The position numbers and the translations under genes were made by a program. DNA of 64,000 nt. It comes from Escherichia phage vB_EcoM_LNA4. The notes beneath the pieces are model-generated. The model did not search any database. It saw nothing but the letters and a program-made list of their open reading frames with translations, and was not told the origin of the DNA. This document shows positions 9,025 through 17,970 of the stretch, piece after piece; position 1 is the stretch's first letter, and each line of letters starts with the position of its first letter. The stretch is taken from sequence record MZ311864.1. One strand, given 5' to 3'.

Positions 9025-9909
9025 TCACTGTAATTTCAATGAGTTACGCAGACGACGCTCTTGAGCATCACGGGTTTCCTGCGGAACGCTGTGAATAGAA
9101 TCATTGCCATGACGGTTCTCTACCACCAAGCTAATGACGCGATACCCATTCTCGGCTGCGAGGTCGAGGTATGGTTTCAGTTCTTTTTCACTGGTAGAGG
9201 TGTTAGACACGATGATCCTACGGAAATTCCAACCCATCATGTCCTTAACTTCTGACTGGCACCATGTGTGTGCCGCCTGAATATTCTCAGGTTTCCAGTC
9301 ATAAACACCATCTTCCGTATAGTGGAATTTATCTGCTTCACAGACAGGCCACAAACCCTCTGACAGCATCTTTCCCGTTGTCATATTACGAGCACCAATC
9401 AGATACGCACCAGGTTGTTCGTGAACTATATGCGGGTCAGAATCATCACAAATTTCAAACATTAAAGTCAAACAAGATTGCCCTACATGTGTCCACATGG
9501 ATGGGTGGTTTGCCTTTTCAACACCACTCAAAATATGAGTTTTTGCAATATCTGCAAATTCGGAATCAAGAGTTCCGGTGGTGGATACTAAAACATCGCC
9601 TTTATAAATTGAGGCCGCTGCCATAAAGCCATTAACTTTACGAGGTACACACACCAACTGGTCTCGTGGAACATCGGTATTATTCTCGAAGCGGTTGAAA
9701 ATCTTCGTGAAAGGCCAGATAACAACGTTGTCTTCTGCATCAACAACCATGCCACGGCACTCCAGAAGACGTGCGTCTGTGTGCCACAGGTTATCCCAGA
9801 ACACATTGTTCTTATATTTCAGAACAGACAGACCCGCGAACGGGCCTTCGGTATAAGTCTTTTTGGTTACAAGCTTTTTAGCAACAAGGTCATCTACGTT
9901 AAATTTCAT
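9025..9909 (-). CDS. hypothetical protein (KxNG nucleotidyltransferase-like motif)
   Basis: 294-aa ORF; PRKVNGF resembles ligase motif I, but the other ligase motifs are not convincing. Confidence 0.35.
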   Translation of the reverse strand: MKFNVDDLVAKKLVTKKTYTEGPFAGLSVLKYKNNVFWDNLWHTDARLLECRGMVVDAEDNVVIWPFTKIFNRFENNTDVPRDQLVCVPRKVNGFMAAASIYKGDVLVSTTGTLDSEFADIAKTHILSGVEKANHPSMWTHVGQSCLTLMFEICDDSDPHIVHEQPGAYLIGARNMTTGKMLSEGLWPVCEADKFHYTEDGVYDWKPENIQAAHTWCQSEVKDMMGWNFRRIIVSNTSTSEKELKPYLDLAAENGYRVISLVVENRHGNDSIHSVPQETRDAQERRLRNSLKLQ

Positions 9910-9918
9910 TTGTGTCCC

Positions 9919-10095
9919 CTACTTTTTCTTGAAGAATGACTGGATTATACATGCCTCACGGCGGCTGTCAATACTTTGTTCTGGCATTGATGCCGCTGTT
10001 ACAAGTTTAGCAACATCGCGCTTGTCGATGGAGCCATACGCACCAGAATCCATCATGAAGAAAATCTTATCTTGGGTAATTTTATGAACTTTCAT
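9919..10095 (-). CDS. small hypothetical protein
   Basis: 58-aa minus-strand ORF (MKVHKITQDK...) found by hand, with an AGAGAGGA Shine-Dalgarno upstream; not in the supplied track. Confidence 0.35.
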   Translation of the reverse strand: MKVHKITQDKIFFMMDSGAYGSIDKRDVAKLVTAASMPEQSIDSRREACIIQSFFKKK

Positions 10096-10113
10096 AAGTC
10101 CTCTCTTAGGTAA

Positions 10114-10509
10114 TTAACTACGCTTTTCGTAACCTTCTGCCTGATAGTAGGTAGTATTGTGCGGCGTTTCAATGCTAAAACTGATCTGGCAGAGTTCTTG
10201 GGCTAAGAATGTACCAAGTTCTACAGCCATGTCAAGGATTTCATGCTCAGGTCGCTCAAAGCGAGGATATTGCATGATCCGGACAGTCATACCGTCCTCA
10301 ACACCCCCGGTATACACGTAGGTACACGGGGAGATCTGCACACAAGCGCCCTTCATTACCCACTGGCGGCACAGGTTTTCAGCCTGATTGTAGTTCCCAG
10401 CGATGTGAATTGTTGCATAGAACGACTTAGAAGTCTTCTTTGGTAAAAAGTTACGTTTCTTATTGTGCATATTATTATCCGTGATCAGCAGTGTAAATTG
10501 GTTTAGCAA
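10114..10509 (-). CDS. hypothetical protein
   Basis: 131-aa ORF. Confidence 0.4.
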   Translation of the reverse strand: MLNQFTLLITDNNMHNKKRNFLPKKTSKSFYATIHIAGNYNQAENLCRQWVMKGACVQISPCTYVYTGGVEDGMTVRIMQYPRFERPEHEILDMAVELGTFLAQELCQISFSIETPHNTTYYQAEGYEKRS

Positions 10510-11071
10510 GGCACATCAGAACAGCTTCACGCATCGTCAAAGGACGACCATGCACATCCCAACCCACATCAAGAATACGTCCACCAGGGGCCGTGTAGGA
10601 GCCGTGGCTGTGACCGTGCAGCATTACCGACCCGTGGTGAGCTTTATTCCATGATGCAAACGGATAGTGGGACATACACACCTTCACCTTTTCTTTCCCG
10701 GTGCTGAACTCAATTTCCTTATAGTCCACGACTTCATGACCAAACTCACGGAAGATACGTTTTGTCTGATGGTTGTCATGATTACCACCAACCAGAATGA
10801 TCTTCCCATTGATACGGCTCAGGATATCACGAACTTTTGGCTCAACTTGCTTACCATAGGCAATAACGAAATCACCAAGGTGTGCCACCACATCGTCAGG
10901 CTTGACGTTTTTGTTCCACGTCTTAACCATGTCATCGTTCATTTTGACAACGGAGGCTGAGTCTTCTTTCGGACCATACAGGTTCTTACGGAACTTATCA
11001 CACGATGGGAAACCAAGAATGTTGGTGTGCCACCAGTGAGTGTCTGACGTGACGTGATCAATTTGAATCAT
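10475..11071 (-). CDS. calcineurin-like metallophosphoesterase (Ser/Thr phosphatase-like)
   Basis: DTHW, GDFV, GNHD and GHSHG metal-binding motifs. Confidence 0.6.
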   Translation of the reverse strand: MIQIDHVTSDTHWWHTNILGFPSCDKFRKNLYGPKEDSASVVKMNDDMVKTWNKNVKPDDVVAHLGDFVIAYGKQVEPKVRDILSRINGKIILVGGNHDNHQTKRIFREFGHEVVDYKEIEFSTGKEKVKVCMSHYPFASWNKAHHGSVMLHGHSHGSYTAPGGRILDVGWDVHGRPLTMREAVLMCLAKPIYTADHG

Positions 11072-11352
11072 TTCTTTTTCCTTTTTGTTGTTTTCTTATA
11101 CAAACCTAAAGCCGCATTCTCTTTAGCGCAGGTGAGGACCTTTTCGATCTTGCGACGATCAACCTCCGGCATATTAAGCTCCCACCAACCCATCCAATAG
11201 ATCTGGTCTTTGGTCAGGGGTTCTGCCATAGGATCTTCTTCTTGTGCATTAAGCCTTGCGATGGCCTCTTTTATCACAGACACATCTGTTGTAAAAACAA
11301 ACGCTTCTGTATCGAACTTGTCTTTAACTGGCTTCTTAATATCTTTTTTCAT
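11068..11352 (-). CDS. hypothetical protein
   Basis: 94-aa ORF with 4-nt overlaps to both neighbours. Confidence 0.4.
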   Translation of the reverse strand: MKKDIKKPVKDKFDTEAFVFTTDVSVIKEAIARLNAQEEDPMAEPLTKDQIYWMGWWELNMPEVDRRKIEKVLTCAKENAALGLYKKTTKRKKK

Positions 11353-11639
11353 TTTATCTCCGTAGCCGGGTAAGCATAGAGGATTCCGTCACGAATGTTA
11401 CGGTTGTGCTGCCACACAATTAGCTTCATGCACACCAAATTAACTACATGACGATCACCATGAATGTAGACACTGGAGTCCATCCATGTCTTACCCCAGC
11501 CAACACGACTGTCTAGATACAGCTTAACACCATATCTCTTCTCCGCTGCACTCATAATCTCCAAGAGGGCTTCATAAGCCTCTTTGTAGATTGAGTTATC
11601 GCAGGTAATGCTCTTCATATCCAAATTAACCCTCCACAA
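11349..11639 (-). CDS. hypothetical protein
   Basis: 96-aa ORF. Confidence 0.4.
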   Translation of the reverse strand: MWRVNLDMKSITCDNSIYKEAYEALLEIMSAAEKRYGVKLYLDSRVGWGKTWMDSSVYIHGDRHVVNLVCMKLIVWQHNRNIRDGILYAYPATEIK

Positions 11640-11735
11640 TAGCCCTCAGAGCCTCTGAGCGGCCCTGTATTGAATTAAATGGGTGTAGGGAACCCAAGTG
11701 TACCACCACACCATTAAAACCTCTTAAAACGCCTC

Positions 11736-12080
11736 TCAGAGCGTTATACGAATCTCACTGAGATCCACCACACAATTATTACTCTCGATATGTTCCACTG
11801 TCAAGTCCTTATACCACACAACAGTGACATTTCTTCGTCTTAGACGACTACGTAATGACGTGAGGTAGTCTCCGAACACTTCCTGTTCAGACTTACCATC
11901 TGGTAAAACTACACACACATTTTGTTCTCTCATTGATTCATGAAACACATCACGAATCAACATGAGTCTTGACTTCTCCTCGTCAGTCTGTTCAGCTTTA
12001 CGACGAGGTTTACCACTCACAGTCTTCGACTGACCACACACCATATCACCAATATCTTTTGTTTGTTTACTTGACAACAT
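11736..12080 (-). CDS. hypothetical protein
   Basis: Track ORF 11736..12149 trimmed to ATG 12080, which is preceded by a strong AAGGAG Shine-Dalgarno; first gene of the leftward operon. Confidence 0.45.
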   Translation of the reverse strand: MLSSKQTKDIGDMVCGQSKTVSGKPRRKAEQTDEEKSRLMLIRDVFHESMREQNVCVVLPDGKSEQEVFGDYLTSLRSRLRRRNVTVVWYKDLTVEHIESNNCVVDLSEIRITL

Positions 12081-12304
12081 TACAATCTCCTTTAACAATA
12101 CGAGCATTCTACATGAACAAAATCTGAAGTCAACCCCTTGACAGCACATTCCTGTTCATTCATACTGCGGTTCATCAAGTGAACGACTCTTTGATAGTAG
12201 AACATATAGATCATGCTAAAAGATCTTGTTTTTAGATCTTATGTTTTATTGTTTTTATAAAAGAGTATTGTTTTATTTATTTTATATAGTATTTATTTCT
12301 GTTA

Positions 12305-12344
12305 TCAATTTGAGACTAGGCTTAGTGTCAATTTGAGACTAAGC
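12305..12344 (+). promoter_or_regulatory. direct repeat TCAATTTGAGACTA(G/A)GCT x2, candidate operator upstream of the HTH gene
   Basis: Two near-identical 17-bp copies at 12305-12321 and 12328-12344, 15 nt before the ATG of the HTH ORF, inside the AT-rich divergent region. Confidence 0.4.
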
Positions 12345-12358
12345 TATGGAGGAGAGAC

Positions 12359-12676
12359 ATGGGGTACATCGCGTCAGGTAAGCACATCTACGGTAACTTC
12401 GAACTGAAGTTGCTGTCGGTGACCTGCGCCTCGTCCAACGACAAGATTGTGTACCTCTACATGCGTCATCAGTATCACTACTTCAAGTCTCTCCGGAAAA
12501 CGTACCATGAGTCGCTTGACAGTATTGCTGATGCCACAGGATTATCGAGGGCAACTGTTGCCAGGTGTGTGAGCAACCTTGAAAAGATAAAGTGGTTGAC
12601 AAAGGACACAACACGCACCAATATGGGCCACAACAAAACGATTTACGAAATTCACAATTGGACAGAGGAGAAATAA
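12359..12676 (+). CDS. HTH DNA-binding protein (putative transcriptional regulator)
   Basis: SLDSIADATGLSRATVARCVSNLEK helix-turn-helix-like segment; GGAGGAG Shine-Dalgarno; first gene of the rightward arm. Confidence 0.45.
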   Translation: MGYIASGKHIYGNFELKLLSVTCASSNDKIVYLYMRHQYHYFKSLRKTYHESLDSIADATGLSRATVARCVSNLEKIKWLTKDTTRTNMGHNKTIYEIHNWTEEK

Positions 12677-12677
12677 A

Positions 12678-13490
12678 ATGAGTATTGAATTACGTTTGAA
12701 CAAACTGGTTGTTCCTGTAGACCACTTCACCTTTAAGGGTGGTGAGGAACAGGTCAAAATTGACCTAAAACACGCACCAAAAGGCGGTATTGGTTTCGTA
12801 GATATCACTGCCAAAATCAAAAATTCAACTGATGTCATGGCACTGGCTATGTTGGTGGATGCGTGTTCCCGTTTGGAAGGATTGCATAACCACGCAGAGT
12901 TCACCCTGCACCTTCCATACATCCCGTATGCACGTCAAGACCGTGTAATGAACCCAGGTGAAGCGTTATCTATTAAGGTTTTCGCAAACATTGTCAACTC
13001 GCTTGGTTTCGACACGGTTATCGTTGATGACCCGCACAGCGATGTCTCTGCTGCACTGCTCAATAACGTCCGTATCCGTGGTCAGGATGTTCTTATTTCC
13101 GAGATGAAAGATCTTGGCAACTCCACATTGCATAGCAACTCTTTGGTTGTGGTAGCACCTGATGCGGGTGCTCGCAAGAAAGCCCATAAGGTTGCTGACC
13201 GATTCAGTCTTCCTCTTGTTGAGGCTGGTAAAGTACGTGATTTGCAGACCAACGAAATCACTGGTACTGCGGTGTTCGGAGATGTTGAAGGTAAAGTGTG
13301 TATGATTGTTGATGATATCTGCGACGGTGGTCGTACATTCATCGCCCTTGCACAGGCCCTGAAAGAAAACGGTGCGAAACGTGTTATCCTGTACGTTACT
13401 CACGGTATCTTTTCTTTCGGTAAACAGGTCATCCTCGATGGTGGGGTTGATGAAATCTATGCGTATCATGACTGGACGGAGAATTTTTAA
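12678..13490 (+). CDS. ribose-phosphate pyrophosphokinase-family enzyme (Prs-like; candidate Adps)
   Basis: YARQDR and PRPP-binding loop MIVDDICDGGRT, VVAPDAGA; 270 aa. Confidence 0.7.
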   Translation: MSIELRLNKLVVPVDHFTFKGGEEQVKIDLKHAPKGGIGFVDITAKIKNSTDVMALAMLVDACSRLEGLHNHAEFTLHLPYIPYARQDRVMNPGEALSIKVFANIVNSLGFDTVIVDDPHSDVSAALLNNVRIRGQDVLISEMKDLGNSTLHSNSLVVVAPDAGARKKAHKVADRFSLPLVEAGKVRDLQTNEITGTAVFGDVEGKVCMIVDDICDGGRTFIALAQALKENGAKRVILYVTHGIFSFGKQVILDGGVDEIYAYHDWTENF

Positions 13491-14023
13491 TGACTGAATC
13501 AACAAGTTTTATTTTTGTTGTCGATACAGATTCCTATGCTGGTAATTTTGAGCGTGACATGTGCGCTCATATCACCGGGCAGATTGGTGAATGCGGTGTT
13601 GGTGCAGAGTACCGCCCCGATATTGAAGACCTAAAAGAAGACCATTACGATTTTGATCTCGAAAAAATCTGTGAGTGGTTAGAAAATAATGTTCTCCAGG
13701 TTCCAGATGAACACGCCTGCTATCGCCCATGTGCGATTTACCCAACACCGGGGCGTACAAACAACGGCGGTGGTGTGCATTCTGATGTGACCGCAAATAA
13801 TCCATTCAAGTGGCCTGCATACGAAAGTGTAGCTATCTACATCCGTGAAGAACCACCTGAAGATGTGGTACGTTTCATGGTCATCCGTGCTAACACTTTC
13901 TATATTCGTGCGACCAAGTGGTCACCAGCAAAAGAAATCAAGGTAAAAGGTTGCAGATTGGTTAAAGAAACGACAACTGTGAAAACAGAATCGAAATCTT
14001 TAGACTTTTCACTTGACATCTAA
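13490..14023 (+). CDS. hypothetical protein
   Basis: 177-aa ORF between the Prs-like and NadV-like genes, ATG overlapping the upstream stop. Confidence 0.45.
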   Translation: MTESTSFIFVVDTDSYAGNFERDMCAHITGQIGECGVGAEYRPDIEDLKEDHYDFDLEKICEWLENNVLQVPDEHACYRPCAIYPTPGRTNNGGGVHSDVTANNPFKWPAYESVAIYIREEPPEDVVRFMVIRANTFYIRATKWSPAKEIKVKGCRLVKETTTVKTESKSLDFSLDI

Positions 14024-14076
14024 ACCAAACGGGGTGTAGAATCACCCCATCAAAACACACAAAGGAGAAACAAAAC

Positions 14077-15762
14077 ATGCTTAATCAAGAAAGTCCTATC
14101 CTGTTTGCAGACTTTTACAAACCTTCACACATCTCCATGTATGATAAACGTTCTGAAATTGTTCAGGACAACATGACTCCGCGTAACGCGAAGCATTTCA
14201 TTCACTTTGCTGATAATGACAAGCGTGTCATGTTCGCAGGCATCCAAGGTTTTATTAAGTGGTTCCTGATCGATATGTTCAACAATAACTTCTTCAATCT
14301 TCCGAAAGAAGAGGCTGTTGCTGATTATCGTGAGGTTTGCGATTCAAGTATCGGCATCGGTATGGTTGAAACATGGGGCTTTGAGGCGCTTCATGATCTT
14401 GGCTATCTTCCTCTTGAAATTCGTGCTCTTCCAGAGGGAACACTGTCTCCTGTTCAGGTTCCAATGTTCACAATCCAGAACACGCACCCTGATTTTTACT
14501 GGTTACCGAACTTCTTGGAAAGCGTGATTTCAGCAGAAACCTGGAAAACTATCACAACTGCAACTACCTTCTGGCAGTATCGTAAACTGTCTGAAGCATG
14601 GGCTGCTGAAACCTGTGATAACAATCTGCACGTTCCATTCCAGAACCACTGCTTCGCATATCGCGGTGAATCTGGTACTCACGATGCAGCACAGAGCGAG
14701 TTTGGTCAACTGATCAACTCAATGGGTACAGACACTATTCCTGCGATTCTGTATGCTCGCCGTTATTACAACATGAAAGGTAAGTTTGTTGCCGGGTCTA
14801 TCCCAGCATCAGAACACAGTGTTGCTACAACCAACATCGGCTTCATCGTTGGTCGCCTGAAAACAGAACATCCTGATTTGTCTCTGGATGAACTGCGTTT
14901 CCTGGCTGAAGTTGAATTCCTGAAACGCTACATCACGGAAATTTTCCCGAAAGGTTTTGTTTCCTACGTAGCAGACAGCTATGACTTCTGGGCGATTATT
15001 ACTCGTGCAGCACTGATTCTGAAAGAAGAGATCATGGCGCGTGACGGTCGTGTTGTATTCCGTCCTGATTCAGGCATCCCAGAGCATATTATTGCTGGTT
15101 ATCGTTGTTATGGTGATTTCTTAAATGAAGATAATCTTCTTGAAGAACTGTCTTTAGATAAGGATTCGAAAGCGGAGGTTGTTATTTTAAAAGGGAAATA
15201 TTATTTCCTTGACCGTGATGAGAATAGCCATATCTGTGGCATTGGTAATGAGCTTACTCGCCACGAGGCTGTTGGTGCTGTTCAGTGCCTGTGGGATATC
15301 TTTGGTGGTGAAGTTAACTCCAAAGGCTATAAAGTTCTGGATACGCATGTAGGGTTAATCTATGGTGACTCGATTACCGTTGCCCGTGCAAAAGATATCT
15401 TTGAGCGTCTGAGAGATCGTGGTTTTGCATCCAGCAATATCGTATTTGGTGTTGGCTCTTTCACGACACAGTACACAACCCGTGATTCACTGGGTATGGC
15501 TGTGAAGGCAACTGGTGCGGTTATTGATGGTCAGCAGATCATGGTTGTCAAAGAACCGAAGACTGATCTCGGCAAGAAATCTGCAAAAGGTTTCCTGAAG
15601 GTTGTTCGTGATGATAATGGCGAACTGAGACTGGTTGACAATTGTCAGCTTGAAGATGTACAGTCTGACGATAACGAACTGCGTCGTGTGTTCTACAACG
15701 GCAAACTGATTGTCGATGAAGACCTGACAACGATTCGTGAACGAGCAGCCGCTCAACTGTAA
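14077..15762 (+). CDS. nicotinamide phosphoribosyltransferase-family enzyme (NadV-like; candidate Namat)
   Basis: 561-aa protein with RPDSG and GSIPASEHS Nampt-like motifs; AAGGAG Shine-Dalgarno. Confidence 0.7.
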   Translation: MLNQESPILFADFYKPSHISMYDKRSEIVQDNMTPRNAKHFIHFADNDKRVMFAGIQGFIKWFLIDMFNNNFFNLPKEEAVADYREVCDSSIGIGMVETWGFEALHDLGYLPLEIRALPEGTLSPVQVPMFTIQNTHPDFYWLPNFLESVISAETWKTITTATTFWQYRKLSEAWAAETCDNNLHVPFQNHCFAYRGESGTHDAAQSEFGQLINSMGTDTIPAILYARRYYNMKGKFVAGSIPASEHSVATTNIGFIVGRLKTEHPDLSLDELRFLAEVEFLKRYITEIFPKGFVSYVADSYDFWAIITRAALILKEEIMARDGRVVFRPDSGIPEHIIAGYRCYGDFLNEDNLLEELSLDKDSKAEVVILKGKYYFLDRDENSHICGIGNELTRHEAVGAVQCLWDIFGGEVNSKGYKVLDTHVGLIYGDSITVARAKDIFERLRDRGFASSNIVFGVGSFTTQYTTRDSLGMAVKATGAVIDGQQIMVVKEPKTDLGKKSAKGFLKVVRDDNGELRLVDNCQLEDVQSDDNELRRVFYNGKLIVDEDLTTIRERAAAQL

Positions 15763-15768
15763 TCAATA

Positions 15769-15788
15769 AGCCCCTTCGGGGGCTTTTC
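15769..15788 (+). terminator. rho-independent terminator (UUCG-loop GC hairpin + T-run)
   Basis: AGCCCC-TTCG-GGGGCT followed by TTTT, immediately after the NadV-like stop. Confidence 0.6.
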
Positions 15789-15801
15789 TGATAGGTACAC
15801 T

Positions 15802-16113
15802 ATGGAAAATCCATGCAAATGGCATGAAGTCCCAGTACGAGATTGCCTTACGTGTAATAACACACCAACAAACCCGTATTATATTAAGGAGCCTAAGATG
15901 TTTGGACCAGTAATGATGGAATGTAAAGTCTGCAAAGAAGAATTCGAGGCAGATCTCGAAGCCCACGGGCCAGGTGTTTGCATCATTTCCTTTGGTTGTG
16001 GACATACAATGCACGCAACAAAGACAGAAACCCGCTGGGTAAACACGAAAACGGGGAACGTTGACCTCGTTGAGACAGAAAAACAGATTAAGGGGTCCGA
16101 TTTCAGTGCGTAA
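15802..16113 (+). CDS. small Cys-rich protein
   Basis: 103-aa ORF with CxxC pairs. Confidence 0.35.
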   Translation: MENPCKWHEVPVRDCLTCNNTPTNPYYIKEPKMFGPVMMECKVCKEEFEADLEAHGPGVCIISFGCGHTMHATKTETRWVNTKTGNVDLVETEKQIKGSDFSA

Positions 16114-16315
16114 TTACGTTGCAAAACACGACCATAACCGCGCTTCTGTACACACAGACCAGAAGAAAGCGTGGGAACCAGACGTTCTTGACGGTCTTGA
16201 GGAGCATTTCCTTGAGATAGAGAATCCGAAAGAGGATGAAGAAGAGCTAACGCCAGAGCAAAAGCTGGCTATAGCAGAGTATTCACGGGGTGTCAAGGAC
16301 TCTGGAATTGTTTGA
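16106..16315 (+). CDS. small hypothetical protein
   Basis: Track ORF 16061..16315 trimmed to GTG 16106, which has an AAGGGG Shine-Dalgarno and overlaps the upstream stop. Confidence 0.3.
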   Translation: MRNYVAKHDHNRASVHTDQKKAWEPDVLDGLEEHFLEIENPKEDEEELTPEQKLAIAEYSRGVKDSGIV

Positions 16316-16344
16316 TTGACAAAAATAGTGACCGCTGATAAGAT
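16316..16344 (+). promoter_or_regulatory. sigma70-like promoter TTGACA-N17-TAAGAT
   Basis: Perfect -35 hexamer at 16316-16321, 17-nt spacer, -10 at 16339-16344; upstream of the ORF at 16395. Confidence 0.5.
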
Positions 16345-16394
16345 CTAAGTTATCGAAACAACTCGATTTCTTAATTAACTAACGGTAGGTCATT

Positions 16395-16640
16395 ATGTTT
16401 AAACTTAAACTTGTACACAAATCTGATAATGGAGAGTATCTTGAGCACGAATCACATCACCCAACCCTGGACGAAGCGACTGAAGAAGCTGATGATATCG
16501 CTTTTACTACGACTGGCTACGGCATTGAAACCTGGAAATATGTTGCATCCTTCGGAGAAGAAGGCGGCTTATACTATTTCTACCCCGTTGACGGTGATTC
16601 CACGATCAAGTACGCTCTCCGAATCTTCCGGACAGTCTAA
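16395..16640 (+). CDS. hypothetical protein
   Basis: 81-aa acidic ORF downstream of the promoter. Confidence 0.45.
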   Translation: MFKLKLVHKSDNGEYLEHESHHPTLDEATEEADDIAFTTTGYGIETWKYVASFGEEGGLYYFYPVDGDSTIKYALRIFRTV

Positions 16641-16703
16641 AAACCGCAAACAGCGCCGTGCTGAAGCGGCGATTACACGTTCAAAACGAAAAGGAGCAAA
16701 ACG

Positions 16704-16823
16704 ATGAAAGACGAATTTGACGGCTTTATTGGTTACGGTGAAGGAATTCGCCAAGCTGAAGACGTAGATTTTTTCGTTGGTTTCGGAGAGGGTATTTCCT
16801 CTGAAGAAAACTGGGGCGTTTAA
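16704..16823 (+). CDS. small hypothetical protein
   Basis: 39-aa ORF with AAGGAG Shine-Dalgarno; below the track length cut-off. Confidence 0.35.
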   Translation: MKDEFDGFIGYGEGIRQAEDVDFFVGFGEGISSEENWGV

Positions 16824-16825
16824 AT

Positions 16826-17005
16826 ATGGACCAGTGTATTGCTTTCTCAGAGAGGGATTGGCCCCATGAAAACCTTCGTGGAATGTATCACCACAGGGCT
16901 TGCAAGCAGTGCGGTAAAGAGTACATAGGTCCTAAAAGAGCGACGTTTTGTTTTATTTGCGAAAATAATGAAAAAGACGTTGACAAAGAAACCGACAGTG
17001 CGTAA
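16826..17005 (+). CDS. small Cys-rich hypothetical protein
   Basis: 59-aa ORF with two CxxC pairs; found by hand. Confidence 0.3.
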   Translation: MDQCIAFSERDWPHENLRGMYHHRACKQCGKEYIGPKRATFCFICENNEKDVDKETDSA

Positions 17006-17028
17006 TATTCACCTCACCAAGACGAGAT

Positions 17029-17105
17029 GGTTCTGTAGCTTAGCTGGTTAGAGCGCTTCCCTCATAAGGAAGAGGTCGCAGGTTCAATCCCTGCCAGAAC
17101 TACCA
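17029..17105 (+). tRNA. tRNA-Met/Ile2 (anticodon CAT)
   Basis: 7-bp acceptor stem, anticodon loop CTCATAA, T-loop GGTTCAATCC, encoded CCA. Confidence 0.6.
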
Positions 17106-17119
17106 AACGAGGAGAGACC

Positions 17120-17287
17120 ATGAATAAGATTTATGATTTTTTCGGAATTGGTAAACCCAAGAGCATGTCTTCAAACTGGGACTCCAGAATGGACTCATCT
17201 GTAGGGAATAGTAATTCTGTGTACGACCGTTATGATGTTTCACTCGGTCTTCATAAAGAAACGAAAAAAGATTCAAAAAACGATTGA
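17120..17287 (+). CDS. small hypothetical protein
   Basis: 55-aa ORF with GAGGAGAG Shine-Dalgarno, directly after the first tRNA. Confidence 0.4.
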   Translation: MNKIYDFFGIGKPKSMSSNWDSRMDSSVGNSNSVYDRYDVSLGLHKETKKDSKND

Positions 17288-17312
17288 CAAAGGAAGTACG
17301 AGATATTAGTAT
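17284..17312 (+). promoter_or_regulatory. sigma70-like promoter TTGACA-N17-TAGTAT
   Basis: -35 at 17284-17289, -10 at 17307-17312; upstream of the ORF at 17357. Confidence 0.5.
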
Positions 17313-17356
17313 TACCAACGTCAACAAGACATTAGCAAATAGAGGAGAAATACAAC

Positions 17357-17686
17357 ATGGCTAAGAAAAACGCAACTAAGAAAGTTTCTGCAATCGACGC
17401 AATCAAACAGCCTTTCCAGTTTGAGTCGAAGTCAACGCAGACTCACTCTGCACCACACGATGTTCGTCTGGGCGGTGTAACCAAGACCGTTTCCGTTCGT
17501 AAAAAGCGTCGTGATGAAGACGGCAACGTTGTATTCATCTGGGAATCCGTTTCCCGCGTTGAAGGTGGTCAGGTAATTTCTGCCTCACACCGTGTTCGCA
17601 CTGGCAAGACCAAGCGTGAACGCGCTGGTAAAGCCAAAGACGCTAAGGTTGTTGAAGCCGTAGCGCCGAAAGGTAAGAAGAAGTAA
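17357..17686 (+). CDS. basic Lys/Arg-rich hypothetical protein
   Basis: 109-aa ORF with AGAGGAG Shine-Dalgarno and highly basic termini. Confidence 0.5.
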   Translation: MAKKNATKKVSAIDAIKQPFQFESKSTQTHSAPHDVRLGGVTKTVSVRKKRRDEDGNVVFIWESVSRVEGGQVISASHRVRTGKTKRERAGKAKDAKVVEAVAPKGKKK

Positions 17687-17894
17687 TAAAGCTTTACTGA
17701 ACTGATGGTTTGTGTTGAAATGGCGCTGTCGAAAATTGTCGGCAGGGTCATAGTAAACAGTCGCCCCAGTTCGGTAATTAATTCCTCCGGCATGGGGATA
17801 GACGAAGCTGGCTGCGGCGATGCGTCTTAAAATAAAGGGCTGCGGCAACCGTGACGATTCCGTGCAACGTCTTGAAAAACACGGACCTGATTTC

Positions 17895-17970
17895 GGGGTA
17901 TTAACTCAGCGGTTAGAGTAGCGGCCACTTAAGCCGAAGGTCGAAGGTTCGAATCCTTCATGCCCCACCA
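17895..17970 (+). tRNA. tRNA (anticodon loop CACTTAA; candidate Lys-CTT with A33)
   Basis: Clean acceptor, D and T arms (GGTTCGAATCC) and CCA; position 33 is A rather than U. Confidence 0.45.

Noticed and set aside
9025-9909. Calling this ORF an RNA ligase outright
   Set aside because: Only a motif-I-like KxNG is visible; spacing to putative motifs IV/V does not fit known ligases, so it is left as hypothetical with a note.
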